From NCBI GenBank assembly GCA_934120045.1, contig CAKOTF010000006.1, positions 20,156 through 84,155 of the forward strand: a stretch of DNA of 64,000 nt, given 5' to 3'. The first letter of the stretch is position 1. Each line of letters opens with the position of its first letter. The DNA comes from an uncultured Clostridia bacterium. Lineage in GTDB: Bacteria; Bacillota; Clostridia; TANB77; CAG-508. This document shows positions 1-10,188 of the stretch, piece after piece. The notes under the pieces were generated by a model. It did not search any database, was not told the origin of the DNA, and was given only the letters and a program-made list of their open reading frames with translations. The position numbers and the translations under genes were made by a program.

Positions 1-100
1 CCGCAGCTACATATTTTTCTCTTCTGAATGTAATGGCTCCATCTCCACCATTACCTGATTTTATTATTATTTTTGCATAATCTGTAAACAATTTTTTCAT
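1..100 (-). CDS. obg: GTPase Obg, N-terminal 33 codons (gene continues past the window edge)
   Basis: Minus-strand translation from the ATG at 98-100 gives [33 protein letters not shown]. This matches the Obg N-terminal glycine-rich fold (xxGGxGxxSFRREKxV). An AGGAG RBS lies inside the trpS 3' end. Confidence 0.5.
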   Translation of the reverse strand, partial: MKKLFTDYAKIIIKSGNGGDGAITFRREKYVAA

Positions 101-107
101 CTCCTAT

Positions 108-1121
108 CTAATCTTGAAAATAATCAAGTTTCATTGCTTTTTTTACTTTTTTCATTGTTTCTTTTGCTGTTTCTCTTGCCTTTTCTGTTCCGTTTATTAA
201 TATTTCATCAACTATTTCAGGATGTTGTTCATAATATTTTCTTTTTTCTCTCATTGGTTCTAATGTATTATTTATATTTTGTGCTAATTGCTTTTTACAA
301 GCTACACAACCTCTTTTTCCAGCTCTACATTCTTCACAAATAGCTTTACATTCTTCTTCAGAACTAAATAATTTATGATAATATGAAACCATACATATAT
401 CTGGATTTCCTTTATCATCTTTTTTGATTCTATTTGGATCTGTTACTGCACTCATTACTTTTCTATTTACATCTTCAACTGTGTCTGATAAATAAATGGC
501 ATTTCCTAATGATTTTCCCATTTTTTCGTTTCCATCAAGACCTTTTATTCTTTTTTCTTTTGATAATACTGCTTCTGGTTCTTTTAATACATCTCCATAT
601 ATACTGTTGAATTTTCTTACAATTTCTCTACATTGTTCTATTAATGGTAATTGATCTTCTCCTACTGGAATGATAGTTCCGTCCATTACAGTTATATCTG
701 CTGCTTGACTTACTGGATATCCTAAAAATCCATATGTTACACTTTCACCAAACAAATCTCTTTTTTGTGCAATTTCTGTTTTTACTGTTGGATTTCTTTC
801 GAGTCTTGCAATTGTAACTAAGTTTGAATAAAAAACTGTTAATTCTGCTGTTTCAGGTATCATTGATTGTATATATATTGTTGTTTTTTCAGGGTTTATT
901 CCTACTGATAAATAATCCATTAAGACTTCTCTTACATTTTTTCTTACTTTTTCTGGATTGTTAAAATTATCTGTTAATGCTTGAACATCAGCAATTAATA
1001 TGTATTGATCATATTCTCCACTTTCTTGTAATTTTACTCTATTTTTTAATGATCCAAAATAATGTCCTATATGTAATCTCCCTGTTGGTCTGTCTCCTGT
1101 TACAATTCTTTTTTTATCCAT
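108..1121 (-). CDS. trpS: tryptophan--tRNA ligase
   Basis: 337 aa. TGDRPTGRLHIGHYFG (HIGH motif) and KMGKS (KMSKS motif). Full class I TrpRS length. Confidence 0.95.
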   Translation of the reverse strand: MDKKRIVTGDRPTGRLHIGHYFGSLKNRVKLQESGEYDQYILIADVQALTDNFNNPEKVRKNVREVLMDYLSVGINPEKTTIYIQSMIPETAELTVFYSNLVTIARLERNPTVKTEIAQKRDLFGESVTYGFLGYPVSQAADITVMDGTIIPVGEDQLPLIEQCREIVRKFNSIYGDVLKEPEAVLSKEKRIKGLDGNEKMGKSLGNAIYLSDTVEDVNRKVMSAVTDPNRIKKDDKGNPDICMVSYYHKLFSSEEECKAICEECRAGKRGCVACKKQLAQNINNTLEPMREKRKYYEQHPEIVDEILINGTEKARETAKETMKKVKKAMKLDYFQD

Positions 1122-1276
1122 ATATTATCATTCCTTTCATTAAAGTTACTAGCCTTAATACATTTTTATATACTAGGAATCTTTAATAACTTTCCTAGTA
1201 TATAAATTTAACTAGTAACTTCTATCAATTTTTTTCAACTTTTACCACATAATTTTATTACAAAACCTGCTTAATG

Positions 1277-2497
1277 TCAATATTTAAGCATTAAATCACC
1301 AAAAACAGCATATCCTACAGTAGGATTATTTACCAATACATGTGTTATTGCTCCAACAAATTTTCCGTTTTGTATTATTGGAGTTCCACTCATTCCTTGA
1401 ACAATTCCTCCTGTCTTTTCTATTAAATTTTCATCTGTTATATTTATTACCATACTTTTATTATCATAATAATTATTTTGATATATTTTGGTTATTTCTA
1501 ATTTATATTCTTTTATTTTTCCATCAATTCCACTCAAACATATTGCTTCACCTAATTTTATTTCATTTCTTGATGCTACTTTCATTTTCCTATTAAAATC
1601 TAATAACACATTTTGTGGATTTTTTATAACTCCAAATATTCCAAATTTTGTATTGTTGTAAATACTACCAATTGATATATCACTATTTATTACGCCTTCT
1701 ATCTTACCAGGTTCATCTTTTTGACCTTTTACTATTGATAATATTTGTGCATTATCTATCTCCCCTGACGATGTGCTTAAAATTTCACCTGTATCTATGT
1801 CTGTTATTGCATGGCCTAATGCTGCAAAACATTTTGTATCTTCATTATAAAAAGTTACTGTTCCAACACCTGCAGCACTATCTCTAACCCATATTCCAAG
1901 TTTATATTTATCATCTTTATTTTTTACTGGTTTTATTTTTCCTGTCTTTATTTCCTCTTTATGATTATATGTTAATTCAACCTCTTCACCCAAAGATTTA
2001 TTTATTTCTTCAACTAATCTATTAGTCGATGTAATTTCAACTCCATTAACATGTGTTATACAATCTCCTTCTTGAATACCTGTTTCTTGATATGGTTTAT
2101 ATATATTACCATTTTCTCCTTCAATTGATGCCATTCCAACTACCATAACACCATTTGTATACAATTTAATTCCAACAATTTCTCCAACTGGTATTACATC
2201 AACATCTTCTATAACATTAACATTTATTGTTTTTAACTTAATTTTATCAAATAAGCTTACATCTAGCTTTTCTTCTCCAATTTCATTAAATCTACTTGAA
2301 TATAATGTTGAAGATGTTTCTATCAAATCATCTTCATTTGATATTTTAATTCCCCATAATGTAGGAATACTTACCTCTTGCCCACGAAAGATTTGTATAG
2401 TTTGTGGAATATTATCAACAGAAACCACATATATAAATATAAAAAATAATACAAATAATAGAAATACTCTTTTTAAATGTTTCATTTTTTTCCTCAC
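1277..2497 (-). CDS. spoIVB: stage IV sporulation protein B, SpoIVB serine peptidase (S55)
   Basis: 406 aa. N-terminal signal/TM, a PDZ-like region, and the S55 peptidase core (GTVTFYNEDTKCFAALGHAITD ... MSGTPIIQNGKFVGAITHV). Confidence 0.9.
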   Translation of the reverse strand: MRKKMKHLKRVFLLFVLFFIFIYVVSVDNIPQTIQIFRGQEVSIPTLWGIKISNEDDLIETSSTLYSSRFNEIGEEKLDVSLFDKIKLKTINVNVIEDVDVIPVGEIVGIKLYTNGVMVVGMASIEGENGNIYKPYQETGIQEGDCITHVNGVEITSTNRLVEEINKSLGEEVELTYNHKEEIKTGKIKPVKNKDDKYKLGIWVRDSAAGVGTVTFYNEDTKCFAALGHAITDIDTGEILSTSSGEIDNAQILSIVKGQKDEPGKIEGVINSDISIGSIYNNTKFGIFGVIKNPQNVLLDFNRKMKVASRNEIKLGEAICLSGIDGKIKEYKLEITKIYQNNYYDNKSMVINITDENLIEKTGGIVQGMSGTPIIQNGKFVGAITHVLVNNPTVGYAVFGDLMLKY

Positions 2498-2539
2498 ATT
2501 CTTAAAAAGTTTTTTTTATTATTTGTATTATATATTTTT

Positions 2540-4342
2540 TTATTCAGCCAAATCTTGCTTTTCCAAAATCATACCAGCAGAATTTTGTATTAAAACTTTT
2601 AAATTATATCTTTTTATTTCATCTTGAACTTTATCATATTCTCCATCATAATCATTTTTCAATAAAACAAAATAATGATATTTTGTTTTTTCCATAAATT
2701 TTTCAATTGTTGTTACTGAATCATTTGTTAATGCATTTGTTAAATCATTTCCATTTTTAGTTATACTATAAATCCACCTATCTCTTCCATTATTTCCTTT
2801 TGTTTTACAAAATAATGTATCATCATTTTGCATTGTGTTTATATTATTATTATAATATTCAAATAAATATAATTCCTTATCTTTTATAAGTGCATAATCC
2901 TCCTTTATTTCCTCACCATTTGTTAAATATATATCAAATAAAAAATAATTTTTATCTAATACCATTGCAGAAAAAATTCCAAAAGAATAAATTATCAAAA
3001 ATATTGAAACTATAATTGTAACAATTTTATTTTTATCAATAAATATTTTTAATATTTCATAATTACTTACTATTAATACTAAAAATAACATATAATATAT
3101 TTTATAGTAATAATAATTTGATACTACTTCAAGTTTCATAAGCATAAAACTTATTAATGTAAATACTACAGTTAAATATAATAATTTATCTATAAAAACA
3201 TTTTTCTTTTTAAATGATATATATATCATATAAACTTCACTTAATAATAAATATGGTAGTATATTCATTATTAAATTTTTGTATATAAATCCATCTGTTG
3301 CTATTGCAGTTACATAATCAAATGCTTTATTATTTGCTTGCATTAATGGATATCCAATAAAATATATTACTCCTATCAATCCTGGAATAACAAGTGCAAT
3401 TATAATTTCAAAAATATTCTTTTTACTAAATATTTTTATACTTTGCTTTTTATTTGTTACTAAAATATACCAAAATTCTGATAAAAATAAAACTGGAGCA
3501 AAATAGTAATATGAAAACATTATTCCTAAGTTTAATAAAAATAAAGAGCTAATCTTATAGTTTGTTTTAATTTCACTTTTCATAGTAATTATTATACCAA
3601 TTATTATATCTAGTCCCATTCCCAAATATGAGAATCCTGCAAATAAACTATTTAATTGATATGCTAATATATAGAAAAATGTAAGTAATAATGCTAATAT
3701 TTGATGTTTCTTATTCTTGTGATCTATTGAAAGTACTGTATACATTAATAGTCCTGATAATACCCAAATAAATATATCAAATATAAAATATAATTTACAG
3801 AAAAATGCTTCATCAATAATTCCTTTAAAAAGTTTTAAGAATATTCCTGTATTTACATATGCTCCTGTCATTAAATATGGAGTATTCAACCATTTTATTG
3901 TGTCTGAACTTTCTCTTGAAAATAATGTTGAATATCTATAAAAATCATCTGATGCAAAATAATGTGTTGCTGCATCTGTAACTGCATGTTTTATTGCAAT
4001 ATTTGTTCCATAATTCATAATAGCAATTGATATAGAAGCTATTAGTATAATTATAACTGCTATAATATCTAATTTATCTATATAATATTTTTGTATATTT
4101 TTTGTTTTTATTTCTTTAGATATAAAAATAGCTGAAAAAGCTATATTAATAATTGCTAAATTTAATAGTGTTGACTTCAAATGTACAAAAAACATTAATT
4201 GTGTAATAAAAATATTATACGTTAAAAATAAAATAACACTTATAATTACACTATGTATTAAATTCTCTTTTTTTTCACTTTTATTTAATAACAAATATGA
4301 TATTATTAATATTAGTGAAGTTAAAATATATATAATGTTCAT
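2540..4342 (-). CDS. large polytopic membrane protein (12 or more predicted TM helices plus a ~140 aa C-terminal soluble domain); possible GT-C-like glycosyltransferase, function unknown
   Basis: 600 aa, very hydrophobic. No recognisable catalytic motif by eye. The WWDYG motif is absent. Confidence 0.5.
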   Translation of the reverse strand: MNIIYILTSLILIISYLLLNKSEKKENLIHSVIISVILFLTYNIFITQLMFFVHLKSTLLNLAIINIAFSAIFISKEIKTKNIQKYYIDKLDIIAVIIILIASISIAIMNYGTNIAIKHAVTDAATHYFASDDFYRYSTLFSRESSDTIKWLNTPYLMTGAYVNTGIFLKLFKGIIDEAFFCKLYFIFDIFIWVLSGLLMYTVLSIDHKNKKHQILALLLTFFYILAYQLNSLFAGFSYLGMGLDIIIGIIITMKSEIKTNYKISSLFLLNLGIMFSYYYFAPVLFLSEFWYILVTNKKQSIKIFSKKNIFEIIIALVIPGLIGVIYFIGYPLMQANNKAFDYVTAIATDGFIYKNLIMNILPYLLLSEVYMIYISFKKKNVFIDKLLYLTVVFTLISFMLMKLEVVSNYYYYKIYYMLFLVLIVSNYEILKIFIDKNKIVTIIVSIFLIIYSFGIFSAMVLDKNYFLFDIYLTNGEEIKEDYALIKDKELYLFEYYNNNINTMQNDDTLFCKTKGNNGRDRWIYSITKNGNDLTNALTNDSVTTIEKFMEKTKYHYFVLLKNDYDGEYDKVQDEIKRYNLKVLIQNSAGMILEKQDLAE

Positions 4343-4409
4343 AGTTGGTCTCCCTTTCTAATCCTTTTAATACTGAAAAAATAACACGATTAAAAAAATC
4401 CTGTTACTT

Positions 4410-4949
4410 TTATGTTGCTCCATTTATTGCAACTATTCCAGAAGCTGTTGCCACTATAATATGCTTCTCATCTCCAATTATTGTATAGTATACATTTTTT
4501 AATGCTTGTGATAATGTCAAATTATTATTTTTAGTTATTACTGAAACAATATCTCCTTCTTTTAAAACAACTTTTTTATTTGTTGCATTTCCATTAGAAT
4601 TTGATAATTTATCTTCAATTTGTGTTGTATATAATGAATAATACTGATTTACTCCTAATTCTCCAGTTTGATTAGTATATTCTTGTGAGTAATTTTTGTC
4701 TAATATTTTTACTTCTATACTAACATCATATGAATTTCCTGAACTATTTAATTGCATTATATAATTAGCATAATCTTCTGATGTTATTGCTCCTGTTTTT
4801 ATTATATTTTCTACAAATGATGATGTTTCATTATTTACAATAAGTTGTGATATATCATCATTCCTGTCTGCTAATAGAAACAATGGAACTAAAAACATCA
4901 ATGCTACAGCTGCAAAAATTCCTATTATATCTGACATAGATTCTTCCAT
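4410..4949 (-). CDS. Tad-locus small membrane-anchored protein (pilin-like or TadE-like; N-terminal TM helix)
   Basis: 179 aa. N-terminus MEESMSDIIGIFAAVALMFLVPLFLLA, then a hydrophilic domain. It is the last gene of the filament cluster. Confidence 0.4.
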   Translation of the reverse strand: MEESMSDIIGIFAAVALMFLVPLFLLADRNDDISQLIVNNETSSFVENIIKTGAITSEDYANYIMQLNSSGNSYDVSIEVKILDKNYSQEYTNQTGELGVNQYYSLYTTQIEDKLSNSNGNATNKKVVLKEGDIVSVITKNNNLTLSQALKNVYYTIIGDEKHIIVATASGIVAINGAT

Positions 4950-4970
4950 AAAGCGTAATGTCCTTTCTTA

Positions 4971-5678
4971 TTAGTAATTTTTCCAAATATATGTTATAAC
5001 TCTTTTTTTAGTTTTATTAATCTCAAGAGAATCCGTTTCTTTACCTGCACTTTTATCTTCTTGATAATATTCTCCAAGTTTTTCCTCAAATTTTTTGTCT
5101 TTTAAAAATTCATATAAACCTTCATTACCAATATCAATATTTCCTGATTTAGAACCAATTACCTCTTCATATAAAGGTTTTGTTTGTGCACTATTATATC
5201 TATTATAAGCTGTTATTTTTCTTGTATTATATGTTTGTAATTCATTTATAAAAAACTTATTATTTCCATTTGTTAATAATGTATTTAAATGGTCTATTGC
5301 AAAAAGTTCACCTGCAAAATTCTCTTCTTCAAGATCTATATAATTTATCTCATTCCATGGCTCACTTGATTCATGATTTTTTGTAGAATATAAAATAAGC
5401 TTATTTTCATTTCCACTAGCATCTCTAACATAAAATTCTACTCTATAGTTTTCTGAATATGCTTTATATAATGCTGGGATTATTGATTCAATTCCAACAT
5501 CTCTATTACTAGAAGATGCTGGTTTTATATAAACATATTCTTGTGTTTTATCTTTAGATGTTATTACACTATCAATAGCTTGTTTTGCATTTGAAAAAGT
5601 GGATATACTAATAGAAAGTGCAACAGTAAAAATTAGTATTCCAAAAGCAATTTTTAGCGAATCTACTGCATTTTCCAT
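4971..5678 (-). CDS. pilin-like protein (class III-like N-terminal signal, MENAVDSLK + hydrophobic helix)
   Basis: 235 aa. N-terminus MENAVDSLKIAFGILIFTVALSISIS. Paralogous N-terminus to ORFs 5697-6119, 6658-7158 and 7183-8070. Confidence 0.45.
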   Translation of the reverse strand: MENAVDSLKIAFGILIFTVALSISISTFSNAKQAIDSVITSKDKTQEYVYIKPASSSNRDVGIESIIPALYKAYSENYRVEFYVRDASGNENKLILYSTKNHESSEPWNEINYIDLEEENFAGELFAIDHLNTLLTNGNNKFFINELQTYNTRKITAYNRYNSAQTKPLYEEVIGSKSGNIDIGNEGLYEFLKDKKFEEKLGEYYQEDKSAGKETDSLEINKTKKRVITYIWKNY

Positions 5679-5696
5679 AATATATCCTCCTTTACT

Positions 5697-6119
5697 TTAG
5701 TTTCCATCTGTTAATTCATCTATTTGAATTTTTGTAATTAAGCCTGATTTTTTTTCTGGAACACATGTTACTTCATATCTTTTTCCTGTCTTTATTACTG
5801 GTTTTGTTGTTGCGTCTATAGCCATCAATACTTCTCCACCAGATTTAATTAATTGGATTTTTCTTGACTCATCTGTTTCTGTTAAATTATGATTATAAAC
5901 AGATTCTACTAATGCTTTAACTTTAGTTCCTGATACAGATGTTCCTTCATATGATTTATATGTAGCATTAAATGATTGAATTTCTACTTCATTTAAACCA
6001 GTTTCTGCACCTTTCATTTGGTTTTGTGCCAAAGTTACTACATAAACACCTAATGAAATGATTATTATTGCAACCAATACAGCTGCTGCAATTAAAAGAG
6101 CTTTTGTTGCATTCTCCAT
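5697..6119 (-). CDS. pilin-like protein (MENATKALL family N-terminus); candidate major subunit
   Basis: 140 aa. N-terminus MENATKALLIAAAVLVAIIIISLGVYVV. Short charged leader ending in K-A, then ~22 hydrophobic residues. It is the smallest paralog. Confidence 0.5.
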   Translation of the reverse strand: MENATKALLIAAAVLVAIIIISLGVYVVTLAQNQMKGAETGLNEVEIQSFNATYKSYEGTSVSGTKVKALVESVYNHNLTETDESRKIQLIKSGGEVLMAIDATTKPVIKTGKRYEVTCVPEKKSGLITKIQIDELTDGN

Positions 6120-6170
6120 ATATTTTCACCTTCTTTCGTTCAAATTTTATATATAATGTTAATAACAATA

Positions 6171-6596
6171 TTATATTTGTTCAAAAAGAATATATTTTAT
6201 TCTTTTTGTTTTTTCATGATACTCAACTTTTGAACTTTTAAATTTGTCATTCAAGAAAAATTGTACAAACTGTTCTACACCTTGTTTATAAATTTGTTCC
6301 ATTTTGTAAGTTGTATCATTATCTTTTATATGTATTTCTATTTCTATAGAATTTTGGTCATTTTGAATAAAATAACCATTTTCATCTTTCGAAATAGAAT
6401 TTTTTTCATTTAAATCTATTGACTTATTTATTAATGTTGCAATATCTATTCCATATATTTCCTTGTTCAGATATTGCTCAAACTCATTATTAGCACTAAT
6501 AATAGCCTTTTGCCTTCTTTGGTATGTATTGTATTGATATGCTATTATACAAACAATCACTACAACAATTGCCAAAAATACAAATATTTTTTTCAT
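6171..6596 (-). CDS. small membrane-anchored protein, Tad-locus associated
   Basis: 141 aa. N-terminus MKKIFVFLAIVVVIVCIIAY (one TM), then a hydrophilic domain. Confidence 0.4.
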   Translation of the reverse strand: MKKIFVFLAIVVVIVCIIAYQYNTYQRRQKAIISANNEFEQYLNKEIYGIDIATLINKSIDLNEKNSISKDENGYFIQNDQNSIEIEIHIKDNDTTYKMEQIYKQGVEQFVQFFLNDKFKSSKVEYHEKTKRIKYILFEQI

Positions 6597-6657
6597 ATCA
6601 ACCTCATTTTATCATTTACATATTTTTTTATCAATATAAAAACAAAATTTTAACTAT

Positions 6658-7158
6658 TTATTCATTTTTTCTAAATACAATTCGATTAACTCTTTTAGCT
6701 GAATTTAATGTTATTTCCTGTTCTTCACATGTATAATTTGTTGCATAATTAGCAGATAACCAATCTGATAAGTTCTTAGAATTTCCTACAATCTTCTCAA
6801 GGTGAACGTTAGAACTTTCAAATCTAGATCCTGGTTCCATAACTCCAAATACTAATACTTCAACATAATCTGTTCCAGCACTTGCTTTTTCTTCATTTAG
6901 TAATTCTTTTTGAGAATTATTTTCATATGCAACATTAGCAATAGAAACTACATCTTGAAAAGAAAACAATGTATTTTTTTCTGAAGTATAATTATAAAAT
7001 TGTATATTAAACTTTGCTAATGATTGATTATTAATCTCTTCTTGTGATGTTTTTACATAACCACCTATAGATAAATATAAATATACCCCTAATGCTAATA
7101 TCACAATTCCAATCAATACCCCTGCTGCCATAAGTAAAGCTTTTGTTGCATTTTCCAT
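6658..7158 (-). CDS. pilin-like protein (MENATKALL family N-terminus)
   Basis: 166 aa. N-terminus MENATKALLMAAGVLIGIVILALGVYLYL. Confidence 0.5.
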   Translation of the reverse strand: MENATKALLMAAGVLIGIVILALGVYLYLSIGGYVKTSQEEINNQSLAKFNIQFYNYTSEKNTLFSFQDVVSIANVAYENNSQKELLNEEKASAGTDYVEVLVFGVMEPGSRFESSNVHLEKIVGNSKNLSDWLSANYATNYTCEEQEITLNSAKRVNRIVFRKNE

Positions 7159-7182
7159 TATTTCTTCCTTTCAATTATTTTA

Positions 7183-8070
7183 TTAATTAAATTTAATAGT
7201 TCTATCTGTATTTAATACTATTTTGAAATCCATTTCTTTAACTTTTCCATTTTTTTCAATTAGTACTCCACTTGTGTCTTTTTCTGTTCCTTCACATATA
7301 AAATAAGCTCTTTTAAACTGAGTTAATTCATAATATTCAGCTGCAATTTTTTCTATCTTTACTATCTTATCTTTCTTGTTTTTCAAATTATTCTGTGTAT
7401 CAGTAGCATTGCTAGCTGTAAAATTTGTTTTTAATATCTTATCTAATAATTTAGCTGTTTTTACATTATTTTCATCATAATTTTCTTTTTGTCTTTCTGA
7501 CATATCTGCAGTATTTTGAGTTGATCTTGTGATCCAATCTCTTATTGTATGTACATTTGATGATAATAATTGCAAATTACTCTCTGATGCCACATTTGGT
7601 TGTGAAAACTCATTTTGCATTATACTAGAAAAACTATCAAGTAATTCATTCTTTTTAGAAGAAATTTTCTTCATATTTGAATTAGTTATTGGTGAACAAT
7701 CAGGAAATAAATAATTATATGTATTATTTTCTTCTATATGAAATGACTTCCATCTGTTATCAGTTTTTTCAATCCCAAATGTAATATTTAATTGTATTGG
7801 ATTATATCCTTCTCCTGAATTTTCATTCACCCAATTGTTATAATCTACAACTAAATTTATAACAGAAAGCATCTCATTTCCACGAATTGTCTTTCCATCA
7901 TAATTTGTAAATTTCTTATTTAATTCAACTATTTGGCTTAAAGTAAAATTATCACTTTGTTGTTGATAATAATTAGAAATTTGATTATATCCTAATGCCA
8001 ACATTGATAATATTATAATTGCTATTAAAAACCCTGCTGCTATTAATAATGCTTTTGTTGCATTTTCCAT
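7183..8070 (-). CDS. pilin-like protein (MENATKALL family N-terminus), large C-terminal domain; possible tip or minor pilin
   Basis: 295 aa. N-terminus MENATKALLIAAGFLIAIIILSMLALG. Confidence 0.45.
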   Translation of the reverse strand: MENATKALLIAAGFLIAIIILSMLALGYNQISNYYQQQSDNFTLSQIVELNKKFTNYDGKTIRGNEMLSVINLVVDYNNWVNENSGEGYNPIQLNITFGIEKTDNRWKSFHIEENNTYNYLFPDCSPITNSNMKKISSKKNELLDSFSSIMQNEFSQPNVASESNLQLLSSNVHTIRDWITRSTQNTADMSERQKENYDENNVKTAKLLDKILKTNFTASNATDTQNNLKNKKDKIVKIEKIAAEYYELTQFKRAYFICEGTEKDTSGVLIEKNGKVKEMDFKIVLNTDRTIKFN

Positions 8071-8091
8071 ATAATCAAACTCCTTTCATCA

Positions 8092-10158
8092 TTATTGTAA
8101 TCCAGAGAATGCACTACCCATACTTGATAATCCGATAAATACTAATGGTATTATCAAATATCCAACAAATAAACAAATCATTGGAGCAAATCCTACGAAT
8201 TTTCCTATTATTCCTTTTCTTGAAATAAATTGTTCATTTGTTGCTTTACGTTTTTCTCTATGATAATCTTTATCTGCATCTAATTCATCAAATGCCTCTC
8301 TAATTGGTATTTTTTCTACTGCTGACTGTAAACTTTCTACAATTCTAATCATATCATGATTACTAATTGATTGTTTTAATTCCTCAAGTGCTTCCCAAGC
8401 ACCAGCTTCATAGTTATTTACACATCTTGCTATTGGCTCTTTGAAAATATTTGAATAACGTTCTAGCCATTCAAGAATCATTTCAACACTTATTCTTTCT
8501 ATTTTCATAAGCATTAAAATAATTGTTTGAAATTGCATTACTTCTGTTTGCATTTCCATTTGTCTCATTTTCTTTTGGAATACCATTAACCAAACTGGAA
8601 ACATATATCCAACCACAGCTATAACCATTGCAATTAATTCTTCAAACCATTTCATTTGTTCTGAGTTAATGATTTTTAACTTTTTTAAAATTCTTTCAGA
8701 ATCTGTTTTTAAATTTTCATCATTTTCTGTATAATAATCTGATTTTATCATAGCTTTTTGAATATCTTGAACTGTAACATCTAATTTTCCTTTAAATTTA
8801 TTTAAGAAATAATTGTCTTGTTCTGTTAGATTTTCAGCTTTTACCTGATCTTTGTCAGATAATTTTCCTAAAACTGTAGTTCTAGTTGTTGGCTCATTAT
8901 ATACATATTCTATGGAAATTCTATGTAACTGAGTAGTAAGAACAATTGTCGAAATAAAGGCCACAATTGCTAACATAATTCTATTTACATATACCCATTC
9001 CATTTTTGATTTTGATGCAGAATCTTTTAAAAGATTTTGCATTTTTCTATAATCTTTTGTTCCTTTTTTAGGAATAAACAAATTAATTATTTTTTTTAAT
9101 ACTGGTATATTATACAATTTATCTTGCCAAGGATGTTCTTTATGAGAAACTTCTGATTGTATTCCACCATTATCTTTTAATTTTCTTGTTAATATATAAG
9201 AAACTACTGTTATAATAACTATTATTATTTGAGCTAATAGTCCTAATTTCCCATTATAAAATTGACCTGTAAATGAGAAATTTGAAAGACACCATTTTTT
9301 TAATGGTTCTAATAGCAATACTGGTAATATTGAGATTATTGATAAACTTTGAAATACATAATTTAATTTATCTCTTTTTAAAATTTCAATTTGCATTTCT
9401 TGTGTAATATTATCTACATTTTTCAAAAATAATGATGAACCATCTTTATCTTTTCTATCACCAAATTCTTTTGTTAAATATGATATACCAGCAAATTCTT
9501 TTAAATAACTATTTGGTGCTGTATCATAATATTTTTCTAGTTCTGTTTCTGGATCATCTGAAATTAATATTTCATAAATTTTTTCCCCTTGTTTTGAAAC
9601 ACTTTTTTCATCATCTAAAGAAACTTGATATATGGCCTCTTCAACCATATTAAACTCATGATAAGCATGTCTAATTTCTGCAAAAAAGTCTACTTGTTCT
9701 TTTAGTAAATTATTATCTATTTTATCAACCATTCCATCCATCATAGAATCTATAATAAATAATTCGAAAATTAATAAAATAGACATTAACAATATATTAT
9801 TTTTAGTAAGTAAAATTGTTATAATAACAATAGGTATCAATATTAATATTGCATTCATTAAAATTTTTGCTGTATCTCTTCTTGTACTATATTCATCGTC
9901 AATATTTAAAATTTCAAGCCTTCTACGAAGTTTAAATAAATATCTTTTGATGAAAGGTATTTTAATAAATGTTATATATAATTTTTGGTACAAAACATCC
10001 ATTGAAAAACCACTAGTTTTTGTACCTTGCTGTAATTTCTTTATTTTTGCATATTCAGATTTTCCCATCTTTTTGGTTAATATAAAATATGCAATTCCAG
10101 CAATTACCAATAGACCAATAGAACCAAATATTATATATTTTAGCATATTAGCATCCAT
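8092..10158 (-). CDS. putative fused TadB/TadC-like inner-membrane platform protein (T2SS-F-like)
   Basis: 688 aa. Multiple TM segments alternate with large cytoplasmic helical regions. It lies immediately downstream of the CpaF-like ATPase, as in Tad loci. Assigned by context and architecture only. Confidence 0.4.
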   Translation of the reverse strand: MDANMLKYIIFGSIGLLVIAGIAYFILTKKMGKSEYAKIKKLQQGTKTSGFSMDVLYQKLYITFIKIPFIKRYLFKLRRRLEILNIDDEYSTRRDTAKILMNAILILIPIVIITILLTKNNILLMSILLIFELFIIDSMMDGMVDKIDNNLLKEQVDFFAEIRHAYHEFNMVEEAIYQVSLDDEKSVSKQGEKIYEILISDDPETELEKYYDTAPNSYLKEFAGISYLTKEFGDRKDKDGSSLFLKNVDNITQEMQIEILKRDKLNYVFQSLSIISILPVLLLEPLKKWCLSNFSFTGQFYNGKLGLLAQIIIVIITVVSYILTRKLKDNGGIQSEVSHKEHPWQDKLYNIPVLKKIINLFIPKKGTKDYRKMQNLLKDSASKSKMEWVYVNRIMLAIVAFISTIVLTTQLHRISIEYVYNEPTTRTTVLGKLSDKDQVKAENLTEQDNYFLNKFKGKLDVTVQDIQKAMIKSDYYTENDENLKTDSERILKKLKIINSEQMKWFEELIAMVIAVVGYMFPVWLMVFQKKMRQMEMQTEVMQFQTIILMLMKIERISVEMILEWLERYSNIFKEPIARCVNNYEAGAWEALEELKQSISNHDMIRIVESLQSAVEKIPIREAFDELDADKDYHREKRKATNEQFISRKGIIGKFVGFAPMICLFVGYLIIPLVFIGLSSMGSAFSGLQ

Positions 10159-10188
10159 TTAATAACATCTTCTCCTTTCATCTATTTT

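Noticed and set aside
1122-1276. Possible T-box riboswitch leader upstream of trpS
   Set aside because: The spacer is only about 155 nt. The conserved T-box antiterminator sequence (AATTAGGGTGGTACCGCG or its complement GGTACCACC) is absent on either strand. Only an AT-rich palindrome is present.
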